From Candidatus Woesebacteria bacterium RIFCSPLOWO2_01_FULL_39_23 (GTDB lineage Bacteria > Patescibacteriota > Microgenomatia > UBA8517), in NCBI GenBank assembly GCA_001793095.1, contig MGHG01000009.1, forward strand, positions 90,391 to 154,390: DNA of 64,000 nt, written 5' to 3'. Made by a program: the position numbers and the translations under genes. The notes below the pieces were generated by a model that did not search any database, was not told the DNA's origin, and was given only the letters and a program-made list of their open reading frames with translations. Positions 8,900 through 18,185 of this stretch are shown in pieces. How positions within the stretch are numbered: position 1 is the stretch's first letter; the number at the start of each line of letters is the position of its first letter.

Positions 8900-9688
8900 T
8901 TACGTCTTTTTTGCAAGTATGAAAATAGAAGGACCGAAATTGATTCTGGAGAATGGTTTCTGAAGCTGATTTTCCAAGAAAAGAAGAGTTTCTATAGTTA
9001 AAAGTTTTTTTATGAAGTTACTTCTTATATTAGAAACAGATCTTTGTTCTATTATTGTAAAGCCGCTATCTCTAAGCTTTTGTCTTATAATATCCGGGTG
9101 ATAGTTAAAAAACGGTAAAGTTTTTTCTTTTTTTGATTTACTACTTCGAACATCTTTAGGGTAGATATCCAGAAAAAAAGTTAAATTGCCTCTTAATAAT
9201 TCTGTAATAGCCGCCTTGAGGTGAATTTTATTTGGAAACTCAATGATTAAATAGCCATTTGGTTTTAATAGGTTGTGTATTATTCTTATTGATTTATCCA
9301 GATCTTTAATATGATGGAGAACTCTGACAATCAGGATTAAGTCGACTGAATTTTTTCTTATTTTTGACGGTAGTTTTTCTATCGGTGAGCGTATGAATTT
9401 TACGTTTTTTCTGTTAAATTCTTTTTTCGCTATCGCTAATAGTTTGGCCGATGGGTCTGTCAAAATGATATTCTTACCTCGAAAAATATATGTCGGTGTA
9501 AGGCGGCCAAAGCCGACCCCAATATCGAGTATTTTACCTATCTTTTTGATTTTAGAGAGAAAGCCGGAAATTGCGATTACTTCAGCCTTATGTTCGTATT
9601 CGCGTCCAACCCAATAATTCGGATAATCAAATGTGTCGTATGCTGCAGACATATATATTACACCACAAATTATACTTGGAATATGCAA
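8900..9688 (-). CDS. Class I SAM-dependent methyltransferase
   Basis: It has a glycine-rich SAM motif (ILDIGVGFGRL) and LKPNGYLIIEFPN. Confidence 0.65.
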   Translation of the reverse strand: MHIPSIICGVIYMSAAYDTFDYPNYWVGREYEHKAEVIAISGFLSKIKKIGKILDIGVGFGRLTPTYIFRGKNIILTDPSAKLLAIAKKEFNRKNVKFIRSPIEKLPSKIRKNSVDLILIVRVLHHIKDLDKSIRIIHNLLKPNGYLIIEFPNKIHLKAAITELLRGNLTFFLDIYPKDVRSSKSKKEKTLPFFNYHPDIIRQKLRDSGFTIIEQRSVSNIRSNFIKKLLTIETLLFLENQLQKPFSRINFGPSIFILAKKT

Positions 9689-9701
9689 ATTTGCAGAAAG
9701 A

Positions 9702-10316
9702 TCACTGCATTTCGGAGATAAACTTATTTACGCCTTCCGCCCAACTGCCGTTACTGGACGGAGTATATTTTGCCATAATTTCTTCAGGATTAGTGTAGCC
9801 TTTGTCGATATACTCTGTCTTTAACCCTTTTGTGACGGTTTCGATTCCCTCCTCAAATGAAGAGAAGCCCAAAGTACCCCTACTATGTATCCCCCACCCG
9901 TAGCAATTATAAGTTCCTTCTGGATAATTTTTACAAAGGTTTGATTCCTGTTGAGATATAGCAGTAAGCAGGCGAAAGTCAACCTTATATTTATCTGCTG
10001 TATTAACGATTAAATGTGCGTATGGAACTAACGGGGATTGATATTTTTCAAGATATAACTTGATAATCTCACCTCTTGCATCACCGGCTAAAATGTTTCC
10101 GGTTATACTCGGGTAGGAGCTTGGAACCGATGCAAATATTTGGGTACCCGTAGTTTCGTAAGAAAGTACTTTATTGTTAATTGGCCTGGATTCATTTTGA
10201 AGAGAGTTCGAATTCGTAAGCGTTAAATAAACAAAAACTGTCCCGATGACCAAGGGTGTAATTATAAAAAATAAAACTGTAAATGTAATTTTGTTGAAGA
10301 TCGAAAAGATATGCAT
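9702..10316 (-). CDS. Membrane-anchored lysozyme-like protein (paralog of 8226-8753)
   Basis: Its AISQQESNL...YGW region matches the other copy, and it has an N-terminal TM. Confidence 0.4.
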   Translation of the reverse strand: MHIFSIFNKITFTVLFFIITPLVIGTVFVYLTLTNSNSLQNESRPINNKVLSYETTGTQIFASVPSSYPSITGNILAGDARGEIIKLYLEKYQSPLVPYAHLIVNTADKYKVDFRLLTAISQQESNLCKNYPEGTYNCYGWGIHSRGTLGFSSFEEGIETVTKGLKTEYIDKGYTNPEEIMAKYTPSSNGSWAEGVNKFISEMQ

Positions 10317-10366
10317 ATCTAGCTATTGAGTATAACTTAAGCAAAGCATGACATAAATTCAGTTTA

Positions 10367-10936
10367 TTAGTCAAGATTCGGCTTCGTTTTTAAGAAAACT
10401 ACATACCCTGCGTATTCTTTTTTGTAATTTTTGTTATGTAATACTCTCCAATTATGGAAGTCCAAATTATGCTTATTTTTGTTCTTTAACCACTTATTAT
10501 AATCAGAGAAATATTCTTCTTCATTTCCGACTACATTGTAAGCAAAATTTGTTATTTTATTTACTTTTGAAAAATCTCCTGTATTTAGTGCAACTTTGTA
10601 GAGAACGGCATAAGAATCAGTATTATATTTTATTTGCGCTGTATTATTAGCGTTACATAATAGATCATAAAACCTTCTAGATATGGGTTTAATATTTTCT
10701 GCTACTTCGGTGGAAATCGTTCCATAAGCTAGCGAAACTATAAAATTAACATCGGAGAAATTTCCGGAATTATTAGCCTTATTCCACAAATCCAAAAAGG
10801 AATTTTCTTTAAAAAAGTTTTGTGTAAAGACGTCTACGCTTTGAACAAGCTTATGAAAAGCCAAGGTTTTCATATACGGGTGTTTATCAAGATCAGTGGT
10901 TATTTTTATGTGTTTACCTCGACGTTCCTTTGACAT
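10367..10936 (-). CDS. Hypothetical protein with an internal duplicated ~40-aa segment
   Basis: 189 aa. The repeat GNFSDVNFIVSLAYG / GDFSKVNKITNFAYN is visible. Confidence 0.3.
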   Translation of the reverse strand: MSKERRGKHIKITTDLDKHPYMKTLAFHKLVQSVDVFTQNFFKENSFLDLWNKANNSGNFSDVNFIVSLAYGTISTEVAENIKPISRRFYDLLCNANNTAQIKYNTDSYAVLYKVALNTGDFSKVNKITNFAYNVVGNEEEYFSDYNKWLKNKNKHNLDFHNWRVLHNKNYKKEYAGYVVFLKTKPNLD

Positions 10937-11017
10937 TTAAGAATGAAGGCAGATAAATCTTAACTATATTAATGCGACGTGGTGTAAAGTTAGGAAATTT
11001 CGTTTAAGTTTATATTG

Positions 11018-11089
11018 TGAGCCTGGAAGGACTCGAACCTTCAACCGTTACCTTAAGAGGGTACTGCTCTACCATTGAGCTACAGGCCC
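11018..11089 (-). tRNA. tRNA-Lys (anticodon CTT)
   Basis: Cloverleaf built by hand: GGGCCTG acceptor, CTCTTAA anticodon loop, GAAGG-TTCGAGT-CCTTC T-arm. The top pair of the anticodon stem is weak. Confidence 0.7.
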
Positions 11090-11236
11090 GCGGCGTCGGA
11101 ATGTGCTTCACTTTCGGTATACCGCAAAGCTTTACACCTATCGTTTCGCAATTCCTCCTTTCAATTCCTCGCCATGCTCGGAATTGATATTAGAACAGAT
11201 ATAATTTTATCAGATTCAGGTTCAAATTGCATTTAA

Positions 11237-12526
11237 TTATGAACCATCCTCCTTAAAGAGGTAACTACCAAGAATATTAGGAGCTATTTTATAGGAGTTT
11301 AGGGGATTGATTTCTCTTGTCAGTAATATCCCGGAGTGACCGGGTTCGATGTCAAAGAATAAAGGACCATTTGTCTCGATTTTGGTTCTGTCATCGAGGT
11401 TAATCTGATAACTTGATCCCTTTTGCCAGATCACCTGACCTGTGTTTTCAAGAATAGTGACGCCGTACATTTTACCGTCTTTTTTTATAAATTTCGGGAT
11501 TAACGTAGCTTCAAGTTTACCTTTGTCTAATCGGGCAGGCTCCCCTGTTTTTTTAGGCATGCTTTGAACTGTTTGATAAAATGGATAGAATCCGTCACTT
11601 CCTTTCCATGAAAATTTATTAAAGGGTACCTCTTGATAATTCAGGATAAACGGAGTTACGGCAACAATGTTTTGATCGTTGGACCAAAAGTCGTACGCTT
11701 TTATCCAATTTTCCTGAAGTTTTTCCATTTGAATAGTATCGTTAACCCACCCCGTTTCTGAAATAAATACCGGCAGGTCCTTTTTTATTTTCAAGCTTTT
11801 TAATAAAGTTAATTCCCAAAGATAGCTTTTAATTGTATTTGCTCCGGAAGCTTCGACAGATCCTGAAAAATTGGGATTGGGATAGGAATGTGAAGACCAA
11901 CCGTCTATAAAGTCAAAAATATCCGGTTCTTTATTGATCATTTTCTTGATAAAGAGAAACTCGCTCATATGAATCTTATTATTTGGTGCAGCTGAATCAA
12001 ATCCTGCTGGAATTATGAAAAAATCGTTAGATGAACTCTTTAGTTCGCTGGATATCGATTTTAAATATGAGGCATACTCCTCCGGGTTAACCTCTCCACC
12101 CCATTCGGCTGCATGATTTGGTTCGTTGCCTATTATGATGTAGCGATTTTCTACCACCCAATTTAATGAGTTTAAAAAATTCGTCCAATTTTCAATATCT
12201 TCAAATTTAGGTTTTGCCCAACCTCCATTTTTCTGGCGAGTAGCAAGCCTGATTATAGGTATAAGGTGCAATTTCCTCATCTTGTCAAAAGCATTTTGCC
12301 ACCTGGTTTTATCTCTCTCGTCTTCTCTTATTACGATAGTTACGTATCCCCAATCCCCATCAGCTGAATTGACCAATGCAGCCGCATCTTCGAGATCATT
12401 TTCGTCAAAAATATGGATTCCGAAAATATTATTGGCATTCAATCTCGGGTCGCTTAGTGCATACGATGCGTGGCTAGAAGAAGTTAGAAATAACACCGTA
12501 AGTATAAAGAGTAAATATTTTTTCAT
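11237..12526 (-). CDS. Secreted glycoside hydrolase, clan GH-A-like (GH5-type NEP motif)
   Basis: It has a signal peptide and IIGNEPNH with a catalytic-acid-type Glu in NEP. 429 aa. Confidence 0.4.
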   Translation of the reverse strand: MKKYLLFILTVLFLTSSSHASYALSDPRLNANNIFGIHIFDENDLEDAAALVNSADGDWGYVTIVIREDERDKTRWQNAFDKMRKLHLIPIIRLATRQKNGGWAKPKFEDIENWTNFLNSLNWVVENRYIIIGNEPNHAAEWGGEVNPEEYASYLKSISSELKSSSNDFFIIPAGFDSAAPNNKIHMSEFLFIKKMINKEPDIFDFIDGWSSHSYPNPNFSGSVEASGANTIKSYLWELTLLKSLKIKKDLPVFISETGWVNDTIQMEKLQENWIKAYDFWSNDQNIVAVTPFILNYQEVPFNKFSWKGSDGFYPFYQTVQSMPKKTGEPARLDKGKLEATLIPKFIKKDGKMYGVTILENTGQVIWQKGSSYQINLDDRTKIETNGPLFFDIEPGHSGILLTREINPLNSYKIAPNILGSYLFKEDGS

Positions 12527-12604
12527 GTCAGTTTACGATTGTAGTATTATTGTAGTTATTTTAATATTTGCTGGTTTAAAACGAATCATTATATAATTTA
12601 GTGC

Positions 12605-13696
12605 ATGTTTGGTAAAGAAGGTAGAGGATTTTACATAGCGTTATTGGTTATCTTTTTAGTACTTCTGACTGTATTAATATTTTTGATACGCAAGGGTAAG
12701 GTTCCAAATTATCAATTTAAAAATGAGGTATCCAGTAGTATTACGGAAAAACCGGAAATTATTTATAAGTCACCCCCGGAGATATCCGGTTGGATAGCCT
12801 GGTGGAAAGAGAAAGAAGCTTATGATTTGGTTGTTAAAGTCGGTGTAAAAAGTATTAGGTCAATATCACCCGTATGGTATATGGTATCCACTAATTTGGA
12901 GTTGCTCGAGGTGGGGCAAAATGATAAAAAAGAGGTAGTAAATAAATATAAAGATAAAGGAATTATAGTTTTGCCTACACTTGGGTCTGAATTAAGCGGT
13001 AAGAAGTTAACCCCTTTCTTTACAGATAACAAAAAGACAAAAACATTATCCGAAAAATTAACGACCGATATTATAGAACTTGGTGCCGACGGTCTCGACA
13101 TCGATCTTGAAGGCATTGAATTAGAAAATAAAGAACTATATGAAAGTTTTTTAGTCGGTCTTTCTGGAGCACTAAAATCAAATAATTTGTATTTATCGGT
13201 AACCATTCATGCTCAGACTTCAACACCGGACTGGGAAGGCGTATTGGGGCAAGATATTAAAAATATCTCGGAGATTGCGGATGAGGTACGTATTATGACG
13301 TACGATTACCACAGTGGGGATTCTGATGCGGGTCCCATTGCTCCTCTTTCTTGGTTAAGTGAAGTTGCGAAGCACAATCTTTCAATAGTTACCAACAAAA
13401 ATAAATTAGTTTTCGGAATTCCATCATACGGGTACGTTTGGGGTAATGCTGAGACAAAAGGACTTCAATATGATGAATTCGAAAGGTTTATTGATAATGT
13501 AAATTATACTTCGGAGCGTGATGCAGATTCGGGTGAATTAATTATTAAATCCCTTGGGTTTACTGGATACTTGTCAGATTCAGAAAGTATGATACGAAAG
13601 ATTGATCTACTGAGATCACTCGGAATTAATAAATTTGTTATTTGGCACCTTGGGGGGATGGACGAAAAATTCTTTGAAACGCAGTGGTCGAATTAA
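12605..13696 (+). CDS. Glycoside hydrolase family 18 (chitinase-like) with N-terminal TM anchor
   Basis: It has the catalytic DxxDxDxE motif DGLDIDLE and a TIM-barrel-like periodicity. Confidence 0.6.
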   Translation: MFGKEGRGFYIALLVIFLVLLTVLIFLIRKGKVPNYQFKNEVSSSITEKPEIIYKSPPEISGWIAWWKEKEAYDLVVKVGVKSIRSISPVWYMVSTNLELLEVGQNDKKEVVNKYKDKGIIVLPTLGSELSGKKLTPFFTDNKKTKTLSEKLTTDIIELGADGLDIDLEGIELENKELYESFLVGLSGALKSNNLYLSVTIHAQTSTPDWEGVLGQDIKNISEIADEVRIMTYDYHSGDSDAGPIAPLSWLSEVAKHNLSIVTNKNKLVFGIPSYGYVWGNAETKGLQYDEFERFIDNVNYTSERDADSGELIIKSLGFTGYLSDSESMIRKIDLLRSLGINKFVIWHLGGMDEKFFETQWSN

Positions 13697-13795
13697 TTAG
13701 TATACTGCCAACTTGCCTTTTTAAATAAAAAGTAAGGTTAATTAGAAGGCTTAAAATTAAAGATACGCCTCCTATTTGAGGTCCTGCCATTGCCA

Positions 13796-14881
13796 TTATT
13801 GACTTCCTCCTTCCGTTAAACTATAGCGATTGCTGTCCCAAACAAAGTCTTTCTGATTGCTTAAGAAACCTGCAAAATAGCATTTTAAAAATATCAGACT
13901 TGATAATAATCTTAGAAAATAAAAGTGCAGCACGTATCGTATTTTTGAATAATCCCTATCAGAAACAGAACTCCAAAGTATTGTGGGCAGGAAAAATGCA
14001 AAAAAGTCGATATATAACGGCGCCTTGAAAATAGTAATTTTTCCCAAGGATGCAATTGGAATTATCGACATCAGAAAAAATATAACTATTAAACCGTTAA
14101 ATATACCTTCCATTGCGAGTAATACTACGACAAGATCGAGGGTTTGTGCATGCCATGGTATCTCGTGTTTTTTAACAGACTGCCAAAATCCTGTATACCA
14201 TCTGGTAATTTGTTTTACGAAATCTTTTATATTTCTGGGGTCTTGTGTGTATACGACTGCTTTATCCTCAAAAATCATATTGTTATACCCCATCCTGTGA
14301 AGCAGGAAGGTAAAATCCATATCTTCTGTCATTGTACCGTAGGGAATTTTAACCTTATCAAAGATATAACTGCGGTAGATAGTAGCGCACCCAGGAACTA
14401 CCAATATACTTTTTAAATTAGCCTGTGCACGTTTATGGATAAAATGCGATATATAGTATTCCCATTGTCTGTATTTTGAAATCCAATTTACGCCAATTCC
14501 TTCCACCCGCCCGACAACGCAGACTATTTTTTTATGTCGATCATTTTGAAAGTGAAGTAATGCATATGTAAGAAAATTTTCATCAGGAGAGGTATCAGCA
14601 TCAACGAAAAAAATGTATTTATATTTTTTAGTCAGTTTGAATTTTTCTATAGCAGTGTTTAAGGCGTGTGCCTTGCCTTGATTGGGAAGAGTCAGAACAT
14701 GGTGTGTAAATTTTCTAGCAACTGTTGCTGTTTTATCTCGAGAGCCGTCATTGACGACATACAGATCCTTTTTCTTGATAATTTTTAATACTGCTTTAAG
14801 TGTCGTGCCGATTACTTTAGCCTCGTTGAAAGCTGGAATTATTACTGCGACTTCTTCCTTGTGTGTATAGTATTTTTTCAT
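13796..14881 (-). CDS. Family 2 glycosyltransferase with C-terminal TM helices (processive synthase-like)
   Basis: VAVIIPAFNE...NDGSRDKT...FFVDADT are GT2-A motifs. Several C-terminal hydrophobic segments are present. Confidence 0.7.
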   Translation of the reverse strand: MKKYYTHKEEVAVIIPAFNEAKVIGTTLKAVLKIIKKKDLYVVNDGSRDKTATVARKFTHHVLTLPNQGKAHALNTAIEKFKLTKKYKYIFFVDADTSPDENFLTYALLHFQNDRHKKIVCVVGRVEGIGVNWISKYRQWEYYISHFIHKRAQANLKSILVVPGCATIYRSYIFDKVKIPYGTMTEDMDFTFLLHRMGYNNMIFEDKAVVYTQDPRNIKDFVKQITRWYTGFWQSVKKHEIPWHAQTLDLVVVLLAMEGIFNGLIVIFFLMSIIPIASLGKITIFKAPLYIDFFAFFLPTILWSSVSDRDYSKIRYVLHFYFLRLLSSLIFLKCYFAGFLSNQKDFVWDSNRYSLTEGGSQ

Positions 14882-14882
14882 A

Positions 14883-15770
14883 TTATGATTTGTTAATTAT
14901 CTGACTTGGCGTAATTACAGTGATATTGTTTTCTTGAACATACTTAATAATGTCCTCAAAGTCATCTTTATTAATGTCGTAACGTTCACTGTTGACATCT
15001 TTAATTGGTTCGCCGACCTTATGGAATAAAAGGATCAACCATGCTTTATCCTTTTTAGTTTGGTCGATCCATAACTTTATATCATCAACCTTTGTATTAT
15101 TTTCGATATTTTTAACCTTCATGTTATAGGGATCTAGTGTATCTACAGGATTAAAACCGGGATCGACAGTACGATATCCTTGAAACAGTTTACTGGCTTC
15201 ACTGCGGAGCGTCGGACTGTCTACCCCACACGGTGTAACAAAGACAGTGGCGGATAATTTTTGACTCCAAAGTATATTCCTGGCGGTAGTTAAATCTGTT
15301 TTTATTTGATCTTCGCTTAATGACTGCATGTTGCAATCATGTTTCAAACTATGATTTGCTATTTCCCAGCCGTCGTCTTGGATAATTCTTAACTGTGCCC
15401 AATTCATGTAATCTTTTTGGCCGATTGCAACAACCGGGACTGCAATGGTTCCCTTTAACCCCGCTTCTTTCATTAATGGATAGGCAACCATGTATTGTGA
15501 CAGCCACGCATCGTCAAACCAAAAGGTTATGTAACCATCGGTATTATTTGGTAACGCGGCATAATCTTTAAAAAAAGGATTAGCAGGATTTGTCGTACTG
15601 TAATTTTGCACACTCCTCCAAATAGGAGTATCGGATACTGAACCGAAAACATAACCAATGACAAGCCAAAGGATTATTAATGGTACTACTAACCAAAACA
15701 GGAAAGAATGTTGGCCGTCTTTCGGGCTACCGATTTTTTGAACTAAATTATTTATTTTCTTGTTTTTCAT
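14883..15770 (-). CDS. Polysaccharide deacetylase (CE4, NodB homology) with N-terminal TM
   Basis: FWFDDAW...NHSLKHD motifs. The ORF-track start at 15869 reads into the intergenic repeat element; the Met at 15770 (MKNKKINN) is preferred. Confidence 0.65.
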   Translation of the reverse strand: MKNKKINNLVQKIGSPKDGQHSFLFWLVVPLIILWLVIGYVFGSVSDTPIWRSVQNYSTTNPANPFFKDYAALPNNTDGYITFWFDDAWLSQYMVAYPLMKEAGLKGTIAVPVVAIGQKDYMNWAQLRIIQDDGWEIANHSLKHDCNMQSLSEDQIKTDLTTARNILWSQKLSATVFVTPCGVDSPTLRSEASKLFQGYRTVDPGFNPVDTLDPYNMKVKNIENNTKVDDIKLWIDQTKKDKAWLILLFHKVGEPIKDVNSERYDINKDDFEDIIKYVQENNITVITPSQIINKS

Positions 15771-15960
15771 GACATCCTCCCTGCTCTTACAAGCAGGGTT
15801 TCCTTCTCTAAAGAAGGATGATACTTCGACAAGCTCAGTATCATGCTGAGTATCGTCGAAGCATGACATATCAGGCTCGATTCTCTACGAGTCAGAGACT
15901 CTTAGAGTCGGCGACATCCCCGAGCTAACGCTCGGAGTTTTCTCGAGATCTGCTATAAAC
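15771..15960 (+). repeat. Modular structured intergenic element, copy A (full length, ~190 nt)
   Basis: It shares a 5' hairpin module, a 45-nt palindromic module, a GCTCGATTC linker and a 3' GC-hairpin + TTTTCT + GCTGTTATAA tail with copies at 17504, 38557 (minus) and 61594. The stems co-vary between copies. Confidence 0.65.
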
Positions 15961-17418
15961 TTTAAAAAAACCTTCTTCATATATTAATTTGTATCTTCCG
16001 TCTATTTCTGTAAGAATTTTCATTGCCAGTTCTTTTTTCGCTTCGTTTTTATTATCTAGCTCTATGTAGTCGAAATACTTATCCCTTATTGCTTGGATAT
16101 AGGCTGTATCATCGCTCATGCCTGAATACTCGATCCAATCCAGAGTGAAGATATTACCCGGGGGATATGTTTTATTATATAAACTTAAAACAACGTCGGC
16201 GCCGGTTTCGGCAAGTACTTTGTCTCCCATTTGCACATTCGTACTTAAGAATTTTTTGAGATTTGCTGTATTTATCCAATCGTGTTCAAGTCGGTAAAGG
16301 TTTTTAGGTAATATAGCTAAGTAAATTATTGCAAGCACTAAAACGGATAATCTTATAACAAAAGCAATAATTTTGTTTTTGCTGTCCATTAGGTAAGCGA
16401 ATGTATAGCCAATAATTGGCGACAAGAAAATAATTGTCAGATAAATATGTTTGTTCAGCGTTGGATAGCGCATGAGAGATATATGAAAAATCGGAATTAT
16501 TAGCGCGAGTGCCAATAAACCCAAGACACTTTTAACTCTCCTGATTAGAAGAAGAATATAGAGCGAAATACAAGACATTATTAAAGTTACATACGAGTTT
16601 TCCCATATCACATGAATAATCGATTGAAGAAAGTCAGAATCTCTGGTTGTTTGGGATGATGCATAAATAAGTATGTCTCTACCAAAAAATAAGGCATAAA
16701 AAAGTATTCCGAGTACAAAGGGGACTAAACCGTACAAATACCATAATTTTTTATGGAAATTATTTCTTTTTCTAATTTCTATAACTGATAAAATGAATAG
16801 AACCGGAAAAAAAAGTGCAGTAACTATCTTCATTAAAAAAGCAGCCAATAAACTGACAGCTGCCAGAAAGTAATATTTTCCATTATTAAAGTAATTAGCT
16901 TTTATAAAAGAGTTGATTGAAAAGAGCATTAAAAAATAAGTTGGTATATCGTAGGTTGCAAGTTTTGAAACAAAAATTCCGACGTAGGAAAATGCAACGA
17001 TGAATGATGCAATTAAAGCCGCAGGAAGGTTGTATTTTTTGCTATTGAAAATATTAAGCATGCGGGTAAAGCGGTAAACTTCTTCTACAAGAAAAACTCC
17101 AAAGAACACGTTCAAAAGTCGGGATCCGATTATGCCTCCAACCTGATATGCCATTGCAGTTAAACTGGGATACAGATAAGGTAAACCCGCCATCCAAAGC
17201 CTGGCACCATAACTCCACCAGTCATTTGCAAATAACCCCATTTTCCCTACAACGACATATATTGCCTCGTCATTAAAAGGTGTATTGTAATTCAAATTAA
17301 TGATGCGGACTATTAAAGCTGGAAATATTATCAGGTAGAACAGAAATTTCTCCTTGTTAACTTTTCTAAAGTATTTGTTTTTAAGTAACTTTATAGTTTT
17401 TAGCATGCACGATATCAA
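15925..17418 (-). CDS. GT-C fold membrane glycosyltransferase (GT39/GT83-like; PMT/ArnT-type)
   Basis: About 12 TM helices and a first-loop DE motif (NTPFNDEAIYVV). The last ~10 codons overlap the repeat element. Confidence 0.55.
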   Translation of the reverse strand: MISCMLKTIKLLKNKYFRKVNKEKFLFYLIIFPALIVRIINLNYNTPFNDEAIYVVVGKMGLFANDWWSYGARLWMAGLPYLYPSLTAMAYQVGGIIGSRLLNVFFGVFLVEEVYRFTRMLNIFNSKKYNLPAALIASFIVAFSYVGIFVSKLATYDIPTYFLMLFSINSFIKANYFNNGKYYFLAAVSLLAAFLMKIVTALFFPVLFILSVIEIRKRNNFHKKLWYLYGLVPFVLGILFYALFFGRDILIYASSQTTRDSDFLQSIIHVIWENSYVTLIMSCISLYILLLIRRVKSVLGLLALALIIPIFHISLMRYPTLNKHIYLTIIFLSPIIGYTFAYLMDSKNKIIAFVIRLSVLVLAIIYLAILPKNLYRLEHDWINTANLKKFLSTNVQMGDKVLAETGADVVLSLYNKTYPPGNIFTLDWIEYSGMSDDTAYIQAIRDKYFDYIELDNKNEAKKELAMKILTEIDGRYKLIYEEGFFKVYSRSRENSER

Positions 17419-17503
17419 TATAGGTCATGTATTATACATTATTAGGGATAATTATAAACATAATATGGGATATTAATTAAATATGTACTAACTTAAATGT
17501 TAT

Positions 17504-17661
17504 GACATCCTCCCCGCCTTGAAAGGCGGGGTTTCCTTCAAAGGAGGATGATACTTCGACAGGCTCAGTATCATGCTGAGTATTATCGAAGCATGACATA
17601 TCAGCGTTCAATTCATCCCCGGGCTGAAAGCCCGGAGTTTTCTTGAATGCTGTTATAAGCC
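17504..17661 (+). repeat. Modular structured intergenic element, copy B
   Basis: Same module order as copy A, with compensatory stem changes (CCCCGCC-TTGAAA-GGCGGGG against CCCTGCT-CTTACA-AGCAGGG). Confidence 0.65.
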
Positions 17662-17716
17662 TTGCTTCACTTTATTATACAATTTAATGAAGCAGTAATT
17701 TTTCGTACAATATTAT

Positions 17717-18037
17717 TTGGGTGTAAAGCAATATTCCCCCACTTCAATCAAACATGTTAATAATTTATTAGAAATTTTAAAAGGCGTAAGGGATGTTTAT
17801 GCAAAATGTATTAAAATAAAGTTAGAGTATTTTATGAATCAAAGTTCTGTTCAATGCCCTTTTTGTAAGGGTAAGAATATTGGTGATGCTTTACCGAGCT
17901 GGAAGCGTAGGTTGTTTTATATATTTATTGCAACAGCAAAAAGATATACACCTGATAATGAAAGATTGAAATATTGTTATAAATGTAGGGATTGTGGATT
18001 TACATGGGAAAACAAAAAAGCTAATTTCCCTATGTAA
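17717..18037 (+). CDS. Small zinc-ribbon protein (2x CxxC)
   Basis: CPFCKGK...CYKCRDCGF. 106 aa. Confidence 0.35.
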   Translation: MGVKQYSPTSIKHVNNLLEILKGVRDVYAKCIKIKLEYFMNQSSVQCPFCKGKNIGDALPSWKRRLFYIFIATAKRYTPDNERLKYCYKCRDCGFTWENKKANFPM

Positions 18038-18112
18038 TTATGTAATATAGTTAATGATTAGCTAATTTAATAATTCGTGGCCCAAGATTCCTCTGCTTCA
18101 AACGGAAATTTG

Positions 18113-18185
18113 TGACCCAGGGTAGAGTCGAACTACCAACCTACTCGTTAGAAGCGAGTTGCTCTGTCCATTGAGCTACTGGGCC
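18113..18185 (-). tRNA. tRNA-Arg (anticodon TCT)
   Basis: Cloverleaf built by hand: GGCCCAG acceptor, CTTCTAA anticodon loop, GGTAG-TTCGACT-CTACC T-arm. Confidence 0.8.

Noticed and set aside
15905-15945. GC hairpin + TTTTCT in the structured elements read as simple rho-independent terminators
   Set aside because: Sequence downstream of the T-run (GAA-GCTGTTATAA) is conserved in all four copies and the elements sit upstream of, not downstream from, co-oriented genes. A pure terminator role does not explain this, so I kept it as part of the structured element.
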